In this document: in pieces, positions 51,495-59,550 of the stretch | Layout: each line of letters opens with the position of its first letter | Numbering within the stretch: the first letter of the stretch is position 1 | Sequence record: MK327947.1 | Strand: one strand, 5' to 3' | Source of the DNA: Escherichia phage vB_EcoM_G5211 | DNA: 64,000 bases | Position numbers and translations under genes: made by a program | The notes under the pieces: generated by a model | Database searches by the model: none | What the model saw: only the letters and a program-made list of their open reading frames with translations | What the model was told of the DNA's origin: nothing

Positions 51495-53546
51495 TTACAT
51501 TTTAAATTTATCTGGCATTGCGTCTACAGATACCAGATCAGCGATAAGCTGACGTAGAGTTGCCTTATCTGCTTTCTTACGTTCGGTTTTAGCTTCGCTA
51601 ATGAAGCTGGAGAAAGACAGGTCAGAAGCAGGTTTAATAACACCTTCACGGATGAATGCATCACCGTCCGCGATCATCTCGCCAGATTCTTGTAATGCTG
51701 CCAGTTCATTTTTGTTCATAATATGTGCCTCAATGTAATAAGTTTCTTGTGAATCCGTCGATGCCGTAGCACGAGTTACCGTATCAAAGGATAACACAAC
51801 ACCGCGAGGAAGTAAAATCTCGCATTCTTTGTAAGCAAATGCTTTGTTACCTACTGGCAATACAGGGATGTTTTCCGCGCCAGCAATGGAGAAAGCAACA
51901 TTAGCGCCACCTTCACCGCGAGAGCCAGCCATAGAATCAACACCAGCAACGGCACTAGCCACGTTTGCATTCCAGCCGCCAAAAATGTTAGGTGCAAGGG
52001 AAGTGCTCACATAGTTTTTAAAGTAAAACGCTTTTTGCTTACGTGCAGTTTCCCACATTTGCGACCGGAAGTCCATACCACGATACAGAATAGTACCCGG
52101 ATCAAGTTTAACGCCATAGTTGGAGAAGGCATTATCCAGTGCATCGCACATCTTGACCAATTCTTCTGGATCTGCGATGCCTTCAAACTCTTCCAGCTTA
52201 CGGTCGGTTAGGAAGTTGTTCATATTGATGTATGCTGCATCGGCATATTCGCTCAACACAAAACCTTCCGCGCCCGGCAGATCAAGATCAATATCTGCCA
52301 TCATTTCACCCATGTTGCTAGCAATTGCTTCAAACATACCGGAAGCAACATTACGTAGGGCATCGGTTTTAATCTGGGTGATGTGACTACGCAGCATTTC
52401 AGCTTTTACATCTGCTGGCATAGACTGGTCTACTCGATCCATTGCCAGGGCGGTGATCTTGTTTTCGAATACTTCCTCGCTCATGATTTCTTTTAAGCGT
52501 TTGATTGATGCTGCGATAACTTCCGCAGACAATGGATCATATTGATCCTGAACTTTTACCAGTTCGCTTACTGCGTATTTTGCATCGGCTTCGCTTTCAA
52601 AAATAGTACGCATGAAACCATAGCGAGTGATAATATCACTTGTCCAGTCATTCAGAGAACGGGCGGTTGAACGTTCTAAGGCTTGACGATCAATCAGAGT
52701 ATTAAACTGTTTCTTAGGTTCGGCTTCGGTGATATCTTCTTCCGGTTTAAGATTAATTTTTTCTGGATGATTCACATAGTCGCTGTTATAGGTCGCTTGA
52801 GTTTTCAGCATTTCTTCTTTAGTCAAACGAGATTTAGCCGCTACGCGTTGTTCTGCTTCCGCGTTTCGTTCTTCTTCTGACACAAGACTAGCCGCATATG
52901 CCTCATCTTTAGTCAGAGATTCACCAGTAGCCTTAGATACCCAGCGATCACCTAAATCACTTTCTACTTTAGTGAACAAGGATTCATCAAGTTTAATCCC
53001 TTTAATCTTATCAATCGCCATCCCGCGACGCTTGACAACAACTAAAGCGATCTTTTTGCTGGTCATTACTTCCTGCTGGAATACTTCAAACTTCGGTGTA
53101 CGACGCACCAAACGCTCTATAACGCGCTTAACCAGTTCGGTCTTACCTTTCATGCGGGATACGTTAAAACGGAACATAACAGCGTCTAATTGCGCTTTAC
53201 GGGCTGTTTCCATAACCACATCAAAAGCACTTGACATAACTGCAATCGGGTTATCGCCTAGACCATTTTTAAGCTGTACAATACGACCGCTTTTGTTCAT
53301 TTCGCACAGTACAACATGTGCGGTCTTGTCACCCATACGAATGATTTTAGGTGTTTTGTTGGTGAAGTTACAAAGACGGACAATCACATCTTTATCGCGT
53401 GTCTGTACTGCAAAAAGCTGTTTAGGATTCTGCTTAGGCTTTAAGCACTGTACCGGAGCAATACTGCCAAAGTTTTCTTCCTCTTCCGTCAACAGCCATT
53501 TCTCGAAAGATTCAATCATTAGATCGTCGATTTCTAAGTTAAACAT
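51495..53546 (-). CDS. alt: Alt ADP-ribosyltransferase
   Basis: 683 aa (T4 Alt 682 aa); ILYRGMDFRS, YVSTSLAP, ECEILLPRG motifs; position next to gene 54. Confidence 0.85.
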   Translation of the reverse strand: MFNLEIDDLMIESFEKWLLTEEEENFGSIAPVQCLKPKQNPKQLFAVQTRDKDVIVRLCNFTNKTPKIIRMGDKTAHVVLCEMNKSGRIVQLKNGLGDNPIAVMSSAFDVVMETARKAQLDAVMFRFNVSRMKGKTELVKRVIERLVRRTPKFEVFQQEVMTSKKIALVVVKRRGMAIDKIKGIKLDESLFTKVESDLGDRWVSKATGESLTKDEAYAASLVSEEERNAEAEQRVAAKSRLTKEEMLKTQATYNSDYVNHPEKINLKPEEDITEAEPKKQFNTLIDRQALERSTARSLNDWTSDIITRYGFMRTIFESEADAKYAVSELVKVQDQYDPLSAEVIAASIKRLKEIMSEEVFENKITALAMDRVDQSMPADVKAEMLRSHITQIKTDALRNVASGMFEAIASNMGEMMADIDLDLPGAEGFVLSEYADAAYINMNNFLTDRKLEEFEGIADPEELVKMCDALDNAFSNYGVKLDPGTILYRGMDFRSQMWETARKQKAFYFKNYVSTSLAPNIFGGWNANVASAVAGVDSMAGSRGEGGANVAFSIAGAENIPVLPVGNKAFAYKECEILLPRGVVLSFDTVTRATASTDSQETYYIEAHIMNKNELAALQESGEMIADGDAFIREGVIKPASDLSFSSFISEAKTERKKADKATLRQLIADLVSVDAMPDKFKM

Positions 53547-53587
53547 TTTATATCCTCTAGTTGATAACCTATAAACCTATATTTATG

Positions 53588-53607
53588 AAAAGGGGGCTTA
53601 ACGCCCC
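53588..53607 (-). terminator. Rho-independent terminator (minus strand)
   Basis: A-run + hairpin gggggc-ttaa-cgcccc; identical motif at 57610-57630. Confidence 0.6.
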
Positions 53608-53612
53608 ATTTA

Positions 53613-53825
53613 TTATAATGCACCATCGAGCAATTGCTCTAAGGTGTATCCTGAATAGTCTTTTTCAATCAGGATATATTTTCCTACTCGTTTAATACAA
53701 CCACGCATTTCAACGTATTCTGCGTAGTTGATGGTACGAGTTGTTCCATCTTCCAGTAATGCAGTACCGATTTCGTTAATGCGGTCATAAGTTACGTCGG
53801 TAATGATGATTTCGATGTTAGCCAT
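53613..53825 (-). CDS. Hypothetical early protein (70 aa)
   Basis: RBS aaggag; own promoter cassette upstream. Confidence 0.5.
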   Translation of the reverse strand: MANIEIIITDVTYDRINEIGTALLEDGTTRTINYAEYVEMRGCIKRVGKYILIEKDYSGYTLEQLLDGAL

Positions 53826-53861
53826 TTGATACTCCTTAGTAGTTCGTTTCGGTATGGGTGT

Positions 53862-53890
53862 ATTATGATATACACCCTCTGTTATGTCAA
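53862..53890 (-). promoter_or_regulatory. Early promoter cassette (TTGACA, 17 nt, CATAAT) on minus strand
   Basis: One of nine near-identical cassettes: -35, -10, conserved leader with RBS. Confidence 0.65.
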
Positions 53891-53896
53891 CAACTT

Positions 53897-54076
53897 TTAG
53901 AACATTTTTGAAATTAATTCTGCTTTGATTTCGCAGAGAACATCTAAAGATTTCTCGTCACCCGCTTTTGCTGCTTCTGCTTGCATTTTTGAAATGGCTT
54001 CAATGTCAGTGCAATTATAAGCCGCTTGAACTTTAGCGATTGCGATGATTGCCGATTCGATGGTTAAGTGTTTCAT
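53897..54076 (-). CDS. Hypothetical early protein (59 aa)
   Basis: ORF MKHLTIESAI... with RBS ggagaatc and promoter; below ORF-track cutoff. Confidence 0.4.
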   Translation of the reverse strand: MKHLTIESAIIAIAKVQAAYNCTDIEAISKMQAEAAKAGDEKSLDVLCEIKAELISKMF

Positions 54077-54108
54077 GTTTGATTCTCCTTTCGTTTCGGT
54101 ATGTGTGC

Positions 54109-54138
54109 ATTATAGGGGATCTCCGACCCCCCTGTCAA
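54109..54138 (-). promoter_or_regulatory. Early promoter cassette (TTGACA, 18 nt, TATAAT) with GATC palindrome in spacer
   Basis: tgtcaa at 54133-54138, attata at 54109-54114; spacer ggggatctccgacccccc. Confidence 0.65.
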
Positions 54139-54145
54139 CAACTTT

Positions 54146-54664
54146 TTAGTTATTTTTTAATTGCTCATCTTGCAATAGGGCAATCACATGCTGGCGATGT
54201 TCTTCCGATTGAGGAACACCGAAAAAGTTTGTTTTGTAGAAATACTCTAATCGGTCTTCTCGTGTGCTCTCTTCCATCATGATCGCGGGTAGTCCGAGAT
54301 TTCGGAAACGTCGCTTTTCTGCTGGCGTAAAATCACTGTAATACAACATAGAATCATCATTACCAGCAATGCTAAACTCATCATTCATGAAGGAGAATAT
54401 TGCGTTTAAACGCTGTTTACCGTCCACGATTTCGATCTCATAGCGAGAGCCATCATCAATCTTAGCCATTGCGATAGCACCAACCGGAAAATCATTAATC
54501 AGGTTTTCGATAAACATACGTTTGTTTTCGGTGTCCCATACCAAAGGACGCTGATAATCTGGGTTCATGTTGATATAGCCATCTTCTAACCATGCATCAT
54601 AAACAGAGATGACAAAGTTTTTAGTATTGGTATAGTAACGGCGTTTAGGCGTTAAACGGTTCAT
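54146..54664 (-). CDS. DUF262 / ParB-like nuclease-domain protein (DGQQR-type motif)
   Basis: PDYQRPLVWD and IVDGKQRLNAI motifs; ATG at 54664 immediately follows upstream stop (alternative start 54700); about 172 aa. Confidence 0.6.
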   Translation of the reverse strand: MNRLTPKRRYYTNTKNFVISVYDAWLEDGYINMNPDYQRPLVWDTENKRMFIENLINDFPVGAIAMAKIDDGSRYEIEIVDGKQRLNAIFSFMNDEFSIAGNDDSMLYYSDFTPAEKRRFRNLGLPAIMMEESTREDRLEYFYKTNFFGVPQSEEHRQHVIALLQDEQLKNN

Positions 54665-54665
54665 G

Positions 54666-54995
54666 TTATAGTCTCCTGAATGGATCATCACGTAAATCAA
54701 TATCTTTTAAGAACTCATCCCATGAATGGCGGATATTGTTCTTAATTCTCCAGATAAGCGCAGGGATTGAACGCTCTCCCATCTGGAAGTAAGGATCATA
54801 TGATCCGTATGCCCAATATGCTACTACAATTCCACAGTCAGCGCAATAGTATTCTATTTCACTTGCTGGCGACCAAAGTCCATCAATATGATCAGTGATC
54901 TTGCTTTCGATGTTATGACTATGACAATCAGGGCAACGGATGCAATGACCTTGTTTATCGTAATTTGACGTTAGAGAATACTTAAACAATCTCAT
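54666..54995 (-). CDS. Cys-rich zinc-ribbon protein (109 aa)
   Basis: CIRCPDC and CADCG Cys pairs; start overlaps upstream stop (TAATG). Confidence 0.5.
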   Translation of the reverse strand: MRLFKYSLTSNYDKQGHCIRCPDCHSHNIESKITDHIDGLWSPASEIEYYCADCGIVVAYWAYGSYDPYFQMGERSIPALIWRIKNNIRHSWDEFLKDIDLRDDPFRRL

Positions 54996-55711
54996 TATAG
55001 ATCCTTATTGGCTTCAAATACTGCCTTTGCGAATCCTCGCGGGGTAAGTGACCTGATAGTCTTTGTTCTGGTTCCTTTCCCGCCTAGCTTAGAATGCTGT
55101 TTACTGTACCCTTTATTAATCTGCAACGGTTTCTTTTCTGGCATTATAAAGCCTTGTCCGGTCCATAAGCAAGTCTTTTTCGGGTACATATCACGGGCGG
55201 CAATATACTCAGGAAACGTAGGATGCTTATCATCTTCCGGCAAATAACCGCCATATTCCCACGGATGGAACATGTAATCAGGCTTACGCCACATACTAGA
55301 GATAACGCTTACAGGATTCTCTATCATGTAGGGAACTCCTAGCCATTCACCCAAATAAGCGGTTATTTTAGCTGTCCGTACATCATGAACTTGAATCAAT
55401 GGTCCTTGTTCTCGTTTCTTTCGTTCAAAGTGTGCAGCGCCACTAACAGCTAAATTGGTGCACGGTGGGAATGCAAAGATAATATCCGGTTTCCCCCATT
55501 CAAGGTCCATTGCTCTTTCCAGCCAGTTCAAATCAATCCAGGTGTTTACATAAGTAATGTTTGGATGTTCAAATCTGGTATTATACTTTTTGTATGTACC
55601 GTGGTCGGCGTCATCCGCATTAAAGCAGACTACCTTATGACCTGCTTTAGCCCATTCTAGCCCCATTATCCCCGATCCGTCAAAGTTGCAGAATATTAAT
55701 TTTTGTTTCAT
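54995..55711 (-). CDS. Compact DNA cytosine-5 methyltransferase-like protein
   Basis: Motif I-like FDGSGIMG, motif IV PC (FAFPPCTN), motif VI-like IENPV, C-terminal RSLTPRGFAKAV; 238 aa, short for a canonical C5-MTase. Confidence 0.5.
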   Translation of the reverse strand: MKQKLIFCNFDGSGIMGLEWAKAGHKVVCFNADDADHGTYKKYNTRFEHPNITYVNTWIDLNWLERAMDLEWGKPDIIFAFPPCTNLAVSGAAHFERKKREQGPLIQVHDVRTAKITAYLGEWLGVPYMIENPVSVISSMWRKPDYMFHPWEYGGYLPEDDKHPTFPEYIAARDMYPKKTCLWTGQGFIMPEKKPLQINKGYSKQHSKLGGKGTRTKTIRSLTPRGFAKAVFEANKDL

Positions 55712-55949
55712 ATACCACCCTTTAACCCAGCACAGATTTTAGTCGGTTCTTTACCGTGCCACATTAAGTAAAGTCCGTTAATGCGACCTTGTTTTGTGTG
55801 TGATTCTTTTCTAATCTTCTTATAGTGTCGTGCTTCCTCAACTTATTGTTTAGAATACCAATCATAAAGGAAGAGGCACAAAGGCCAACCATTAGCGGCC
55901 TTAATGCAGTTATTAAGAAATTCCTTATTGCGTTTAATTAATTTTCTTT

Positions 55950-56201
55950 TCACGCTACCCCCATTGGTTTGATAGTAACAGAATCTAAAAGACCTTTGTT
56001 AGCCAGTTCGCGGCAAGTTTTCAGATCCGCAACTTCCCAGCCAGCCGCAATCAGGTTATCAATCAGGCTGTTAGCAACTTCTTCGCTCATGAAAGAGCAC
56101 TGTTTGCCGATGGTGTAGCGCACACGCTGTAATTTCAGTTTACGGAAGCCTTTAACGTTCAGGTCTTTAGCGATTTTCTTTGCGGTTTCGATGTTAGCCA
56201 T
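55950..56201 (-). CDS. Hypothetical early protein (83 aa)
   Basis: ORF with promoter cassette upstream. Confidence 0.5.
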   Translation of the reverse strand: MANIETAKKIAKDLNVKGFRKLKLQRVRYTIGKQCSFMSEEVANSLIDNLIAAGWEVADLKTCRELANKGLLDSVTIKPMGVA

Positions 56202-56241
56202 TGTTTGATTCTCCTAAGTGGTATCTCGTCTTGATGGTTGT

Positions 56242-56270
56242 ATTGTAGGGGAGTTATCCTCCCCTGTCAA
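56242..56270 (-). promoter_or_regulatory. Early promoter cassette (TTGACA, 17 nt, TACAAT) with palindromic spacer
   Basis: Spacer ggggagttatcctcccc is an inverted repeat. Confidence 0.6.
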
Positions 56271-56284
56271 CACTTTTTATAAAA

Positions 56285-56452
56285 TTATTTGTTAATTTCT
56301 GGTGCGTTGCTAGGATAGTAACCTTCTTTAACTCCGAGGTATTTCGCAACCATCCCTACAATCTTCTGTGCTACTACAATGTCAAATTTCAGATAATCTT
56401 CGCCGTGGGTTTCAATGATATATGCTTCACATGCTGCTTTAGTCTCGAACAT
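56285..56452 (-). CDS. Small protein (55 aa), paralog of 59551-59718
   Basis: MFETKAACEAYIIETHGEDYLKFDIVVAQK...; 48/55 residues identical to the second copy. Confidence 0.55.
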   Translation of the reverse strand: MFETKAACEAYIIETHGEDYLKFDIVVAQKIVGMVAKYLGVKEGYYPSNAPEINK

Positions 56453-56485
56453 TTTGATTCTCCTATTTCGTTTCGGTATGTGTGT

Positions 56486-56514
56486 AGTATAGGGGATCTC
56501 CCGATCCCCGTCAA
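56486..56514 (-). promoter_or_regulatory. Early promoter cassette (TTGACG, 17 nt, TATACT) with GATC palindrome
   Basis: Spacer gggatcgggagatcccc; conserved leader and RBS. Confidence 0.6.
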
Positions 56515-56528
56515 CAACTTTTTTAAAA

Positions 56529-56810
56529 TTATTCGTGATTAGTTTCGATATTGTGCATTTTGCACCAGTTCAGCCAATCGCCCAGATCTTTATAGTTGAT
56601 GCTTTTATCTGCTGCCATCGTTTTTGTCTTGATACCCATATGTGCGTTATGAGTAAGCATTTTTACAGTGAACTCAATTTTATCGCCTTTAGCTTTAACA
56701 TCAACCAGTTTGGTCCACTGGCTACCAGCGCCGCGAATGTTCATACCAACGATGTTTCCGATGTATGCTTCTTTGTTTTTCAGGATTTCGGTTGCTTTGA
56801 TGAATTTCAT
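56529..56810 (-). CDS. Hypothetical early protein (93 aa)
   Basis: ORF with promoter cassette upstream. Confidence 0.5.
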   Translation of the reverse strand: MKFIKATEILKNKEAYIGNIVGMNIRGAGSQWTKLVDVKAKGDKIEFTVKMLTHNAHMGIKTKTMAADKSINYKDLGDWLNWCKMHNIETNHE

Positions 56811-56843
56811 TTTTGATTCTCCAGTTCGTTTCGGTATGGGTGT

Positions 56844-56872
56844 ATTATGCTATGTTCTTACTTTGGTGTCAA
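56844..56872 (-). promoter_or_regulatory. Early promoter cassette (TTGACA, 17 nt, CATAAT)
   Basis: tgtcaa 56867-56872 and attatg 56844-56849 on plus strand. Confidence 0.65.
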
Positions 56873-56880
56873 CAACTTTT

Positions 56881-57150
56881 TTAGATATTTTCAGAAATAA
56901 ATTTTAAAACTTGACGTAAATGTTTCTCATCTTTGATAGTCGCCGGAAGTTCTTCTTTTACTTCCTGTGCAAGATAGATATTTCCGTTCCAAGTGAAAGA
57001 TCCGTCTTTGTTTACGCGATAGCTGAACATCCACTCGCAATCATTTTCGATTTCATATACACACAGAAGGGTGTAATCGTTAAAGCTATTGATTTCAAGG
57101 TCGAAGCCGTGACGTTTTGCAAAGTTGGTAGTGGTTTTAGTCAGTGCCAT
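56881..57150 (-). CDS. Hypothetical early protein (89 aa)
   Basis: ORF with promoter cassette upstream. Confidence 0.5.
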   Translation of the reverse strand: MALTKTTTNFAKRHGFDLEINSFNDYTLLCVYEIENDCEWMFSYRVNKDGSFTWNGNIYLAQEVKEELPATIKDEKHLRQVLKFISENI

Positions 57151-57190
57151 TGTTTGATTCTCCTAAGTGGTATCTCGTTTCGATGGGTGT

Positions 57191-57219
57191 ATTATGCTAT
57201 AGGCTAGATCAGGTGTCAA
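57191..57219 (-). promoter_or_regulatory. Early promoter cassette (TTGACA, 17 nt, CATAAT)
   Basis: tgtcaa 57214-57219 and attatg 57191-57196. Confidence 0.65.
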
Positions 57220-57242
57220 CAACTTTTTTAATTTTTTGGAAA

Positions 57243-57270
57243 TAAAAAAAGCCGACACTAAGGTCGGCTA
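57243..57270 (-). terminator. Rho-independent terminator (minus strand)
   Basis: A7 + hairpin gccgac-actaag-gtcggc. Confidence 0.6.
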
Positions 57271-57276
57271 ATAAAA

Positions 57277-57585
57277 TCATTTAGACAAATAATCATTCTG
57301 TGCAATCCGGTCGGCGTATGCTGGTGTTATGTCAATCGCCAGCACTTTAACGCGTGCTTTCTTGCGACCTGTGTTTTCTCGTAACCAGTGCTCATGACCG
57401 TGAACATTTTTATACTGCGATGCTTCTTCGAAGGTACGGATCGGACCTGGATAATCTGCGTAAAGGATCTCTAGGTCTTCGGTGATGTAAAAATATACAT
57501 CATAATTACTGTTCTCTAGTTTAAGCAGAGACTTTCGGAACATTGGGAGATTTTCGCGGGTAAATTCAAAGATATTATCTTTCAT
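57277..57585 (-). CDS. Small protein of the H-x-H-W paralog family (102 aa)
   Basis: YDVYFYITEDLEILYADY...HGHEHW...VKVLAIDI; paralogs at 58005, 58298, 59016. Confidence 0.55.
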   Translation of the reverse strand: MKDNIFEFTRENLPMFRKSLLKLENSNYDVYFYITEDLEILYADYPGPIRTFEEASQYKNVHGHEHWLRENTGRKKARVKVLAIDITPAYADRIAQNDYLSK

Positions 57586-57609
57586 AGTATTATCCTCAAT
57601 AGTTGGATG

Positions 57610-57630
57610 AAAAGGGGGCTTAACGCCCCC
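57610..57630 (-). terminator. Rho-independent terminator (minus strand)
   Basis: A-run + hairpin gggggc-ttaa-cgccccc; same motif as 53588. Confidence 0.6.
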
Positions 57631-57635
57631 ATATA

Positions 57636-57923
57636 TTAAAACAGACCTTCCTGTACACCGTAGTAGAGTTCATCGCTGATAATTTCATTAATGCGACGGT
57701 GTGCATATTCCTGATTTGCGAAGTTGTCAGCAAGTTCTACTTTAGTTTCGCCGTCATGAGTCCATTTAGTGATAACTTTACCATCTGCAAATTTGAAGTT
57801 GAACTCTTTAGCTACCGCATCGCGTACCAGACGTGCAAACTTATTGTTGCGGATTGCATTGTCGGTTTCGTGTGCAGCGTGAGCGAATTTGTTAACTTTC
57901 AGAGTGATAGTAATGTATGCCAT
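57636..57923 (-). CDS. Hypothetical early protein (95 aa)
   Basis: ORF with promoter cassette upstream and terminator downstream. Confidence 0.5.
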   Translation of the reverse strand: MAYITITLKVNKFAHAAHETDNAIRNNKFARLVRDAVAKEFNFKFADGKVITKWTHDGETKVELADNFANQEYAHRRINEIISDELYYGVQEGLF

Positions 57924-57969
57924 AATTTGATTCTCCTAGTTAGAAAGTGTATCTCGTTTCGATGGGTGT

Positions 57970-57998
57970 ATTATGCTATACACCCAACCTCATGTCAA
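57970..57998 (-). promoter_or_regulatory. Early promoter cassette (TTGACA, 17 nt, CATAAT)
   Basis: tgtcaa 57993-57998 and attatg 57970-57975. Confidence 0.65.
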
Positions 57999-58004
57999 CA
58001 CTTT

Positions 58005-58283
58005 TTATAAAATAATTTTTTGATATTTTTCTATGATGTTCGTGTAATTCACATCAACCGCTAGCACCGTTGCTTCGAATCCACCGTTTAGCCAATGGCT
58101 ATGATCGTGATCGTGAAAGAAACCTAGACCAGTACGAAGACCTTCTTTATATTCGGCGCGTACATTTAGATCATCATCGATAAACAGATAAAACCATGAA
58201 TTTTTACTAGGATTGATGATACAACCTTTCAGATTCGGGAGAATATCACGACTAAGAATAAACTTATCACCTACTTTGAACAT
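58005..58283 (-). CDS. Small protein of the H-x-H-W paralog family (92 aa)
   Basis: SWFYLFIDDDLNVRAEY...HDHDHSHW...TVLAVDV. Confidence 0.55.
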   Translation of the reverse strand: MFKVGDKFILSRDILPNLKGCIINPSKNSWFYLFIDDDLNVRAEYKEGLRTGLGFFHDHDHSHWLNGGFEATVLAVDVNYTNIIEKYQKIIL

Positions 58284-58297
58284 AATATTTTCCTCAC

Positions 58298-58606
58298 TTA
58301 TAAAGTTTGACCGTTGTTTTTCGCATAATGCTTAATGCGTGCTTGATCTGCTTCCGCTGGTGATAGATTCCATGCAACCACTACAACTTCTGACGCATCG
58401 TCATCCGTTTCTGATACCCAATGGTTGTGATTCATACAGTTATTTGCTATCGAGTGAGCAAATGATTTCATCACTGGAGACGTATAATCATAGTAACGGA
58501 TTTTCAGATTTTCATCAACATACAAGTAGATCGTATAAGGTTTATATTCAGTAACCAGTAACAGACAGTTACGCAATTCTGGGAAAATCTTTTTAGTTAA
58601 TTTCAT
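58298..58606 (-). CDS. Small protein of the H-x-H-W paralog family (102 aa from ATG 58606)
   Basis: YTIYLYVDENLKIRYYDY...NHNHW...VVVVAWNL; ATG 58606 with RBS gagga, 1 nt after upstream stop. Confidence 0.5.
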   Translation of the reverse strand: MKLTKKIFPELRNCLLLVTEYKPYTIYLYVDENLKIRYYDYTSPVMKSFAHSIANNCMNHNHWVSETDDDASEVVVVAWNLSPAEADQARIKHYAKNNGQTL

Positions 58607-58607
58607 T

Positions 58608-58817
58608 TTATAATCCTCGGTCGCGGCTATAGTACACGGTACGCCATACAATTTCATGTTTCGTGTCGCTCCAGCACACGATCTCATTTACTCTTAAATC
58701 TTTGTTATCAACAAAAGATGAACATTGTGACGCTTCTTTCATCATTTTATCTGCTGTTTTCTCATCAAATACAGCACAGATTTCTTTATACACTCGATAA
58801 TCTTTAAACTTGCTCAT
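58608..58817 (-). CDS. Small protein, MSKFKDY family copy B (69 aa)
   Basis: MSKFKDYRVYKEICAVFDEKTADKMMKEASQC...; paralog of adjacent copy. Confidence 0.45.
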   Translation of the reverse strand: MSKFKDYRVYKEICAVFDEKTADKMMKEASQCSSFVDNKDLRVNEIVCWSDTKHEIVWRTVYYSRDRGL

Positions 58818-58819
58818 AA

Positions 58820-59035
58820 TTAACACCAATCAAGAGTTTTTGAGAAAACCTCTATCCATTGTTGAGTATATGCGGTTTCTTTCCATGATACAATACCAGT
58901 AGAATAATGGTTTTTGTTTCCAGAAAATGACGGGCATTTTGATGCATCTTCCATCATCTTTTCGGCGAACTCTGGTTCGTATACTCGCAAGATCTGTTGA
59001 TATGCTTTATAATCTTTAAATTTGCTCATAATCAT
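58820..59035 (-). CDS. Small protein, MSKFKDY family copy A (71 aa)
   Basis: MIMSKFKDYKAYQQILRVYEPEFAEKMMEDASKC...; tandem to copy B. Confidence 0.45.
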   Translation of the reverse strand: MIMSKFKDYKAYQQILRVYEPEFAEKMMEDASKCPSFSGNKNHYSTGIVSWKETAYTQQWIEVFSKTLDWC

Positions 59036-59294
59036 TCACTACCTTATCAGCTTCTTTTGTTGTTTTTACATCAACTGCGATAACCCGTAAAGGTTCGTCA
59101 TGGTTCCACCAATGATCGTGAATATCGGCTTGTGATTTATCACCAAAGGAATCACGAATATCATTTTTACTTTTATAGCTAATGTGACCGTCATAGTCAA
59201 CATAAAGGTAATTATCGAAAATCGGCGTTTTTAAGATCATGCCGAAAAATCTTTCTTTGTGTGTCTTATCCAGCGTTGCAGTAATTCGCATCAT
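59016..59294 (-). CDS. Small protein of the H-x-H-W paralog family (92 aa)
   Basis: NYLYVDYDGHISYKSKND...HDHWW...RVIAVDV. Confidence 0.55.
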   Translation of the reverse strand: MMRITATLDKTHKERFFGMILKTPIFDNYLYVDYDGHISYKSKNDIRDSFGDKSQADIHDHWWNHDEPLRVIAVDVKTTKEADKVVNDYEQI

Positions 59295-59306
59295 AATATA
59301 TTCCTC

Positions 59307-59486
59307 TTAGAAAGGGATGGTCATTTCTTGAGCTTGTACATTCTCGTTAGGATTAAACTTCATCCAACCAATATTGTCTACCAGCATATGCACATTTTTA
59401 TCATATCCTACGTGAGTAGTCAACACTAAATGTGATTTACCTTCAACGATGATTTCCATGTACTTCTGAACTTCGATAGCTTTCAT
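59307..59486 (-). CDS. Hypothetical early protein (59 aa)
   Basis: ORF MKAIEVQKYMEII... with RBS ggagaatc; below ORF-track cutoff. Confidence 0.4.
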   Translation of the reverse strand: MKAIEVQKYMEIIVEGKSHLVLTTHVGYDKNVHMLVDNIGWMKFNPNENVQAQEMTIPF

Positions 59487-59518
59487 TTTGATTCTCCGTT
59501 TGTTGTCTTGATGGGAGT

Positions 59519-59547
59519 ATCTTACTACTCCCTTTAATCATTGTCAA
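59519..59547 (-). promoter_or_regulatory. Early promoter cassette (TTGACA, 17 nt, TAAGAT)
   Basis: tgtcaa 59542-59547; weaker -10. Confidence 0.45.
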
Positions 59548-59550
59548 CTA

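Noticed and set aside
53547-53587. Late promoter for alt (CATAAATA on the minus strand)
   Set aside because: Only 7 of 8 match to TATAAATA; not reported as a feature.
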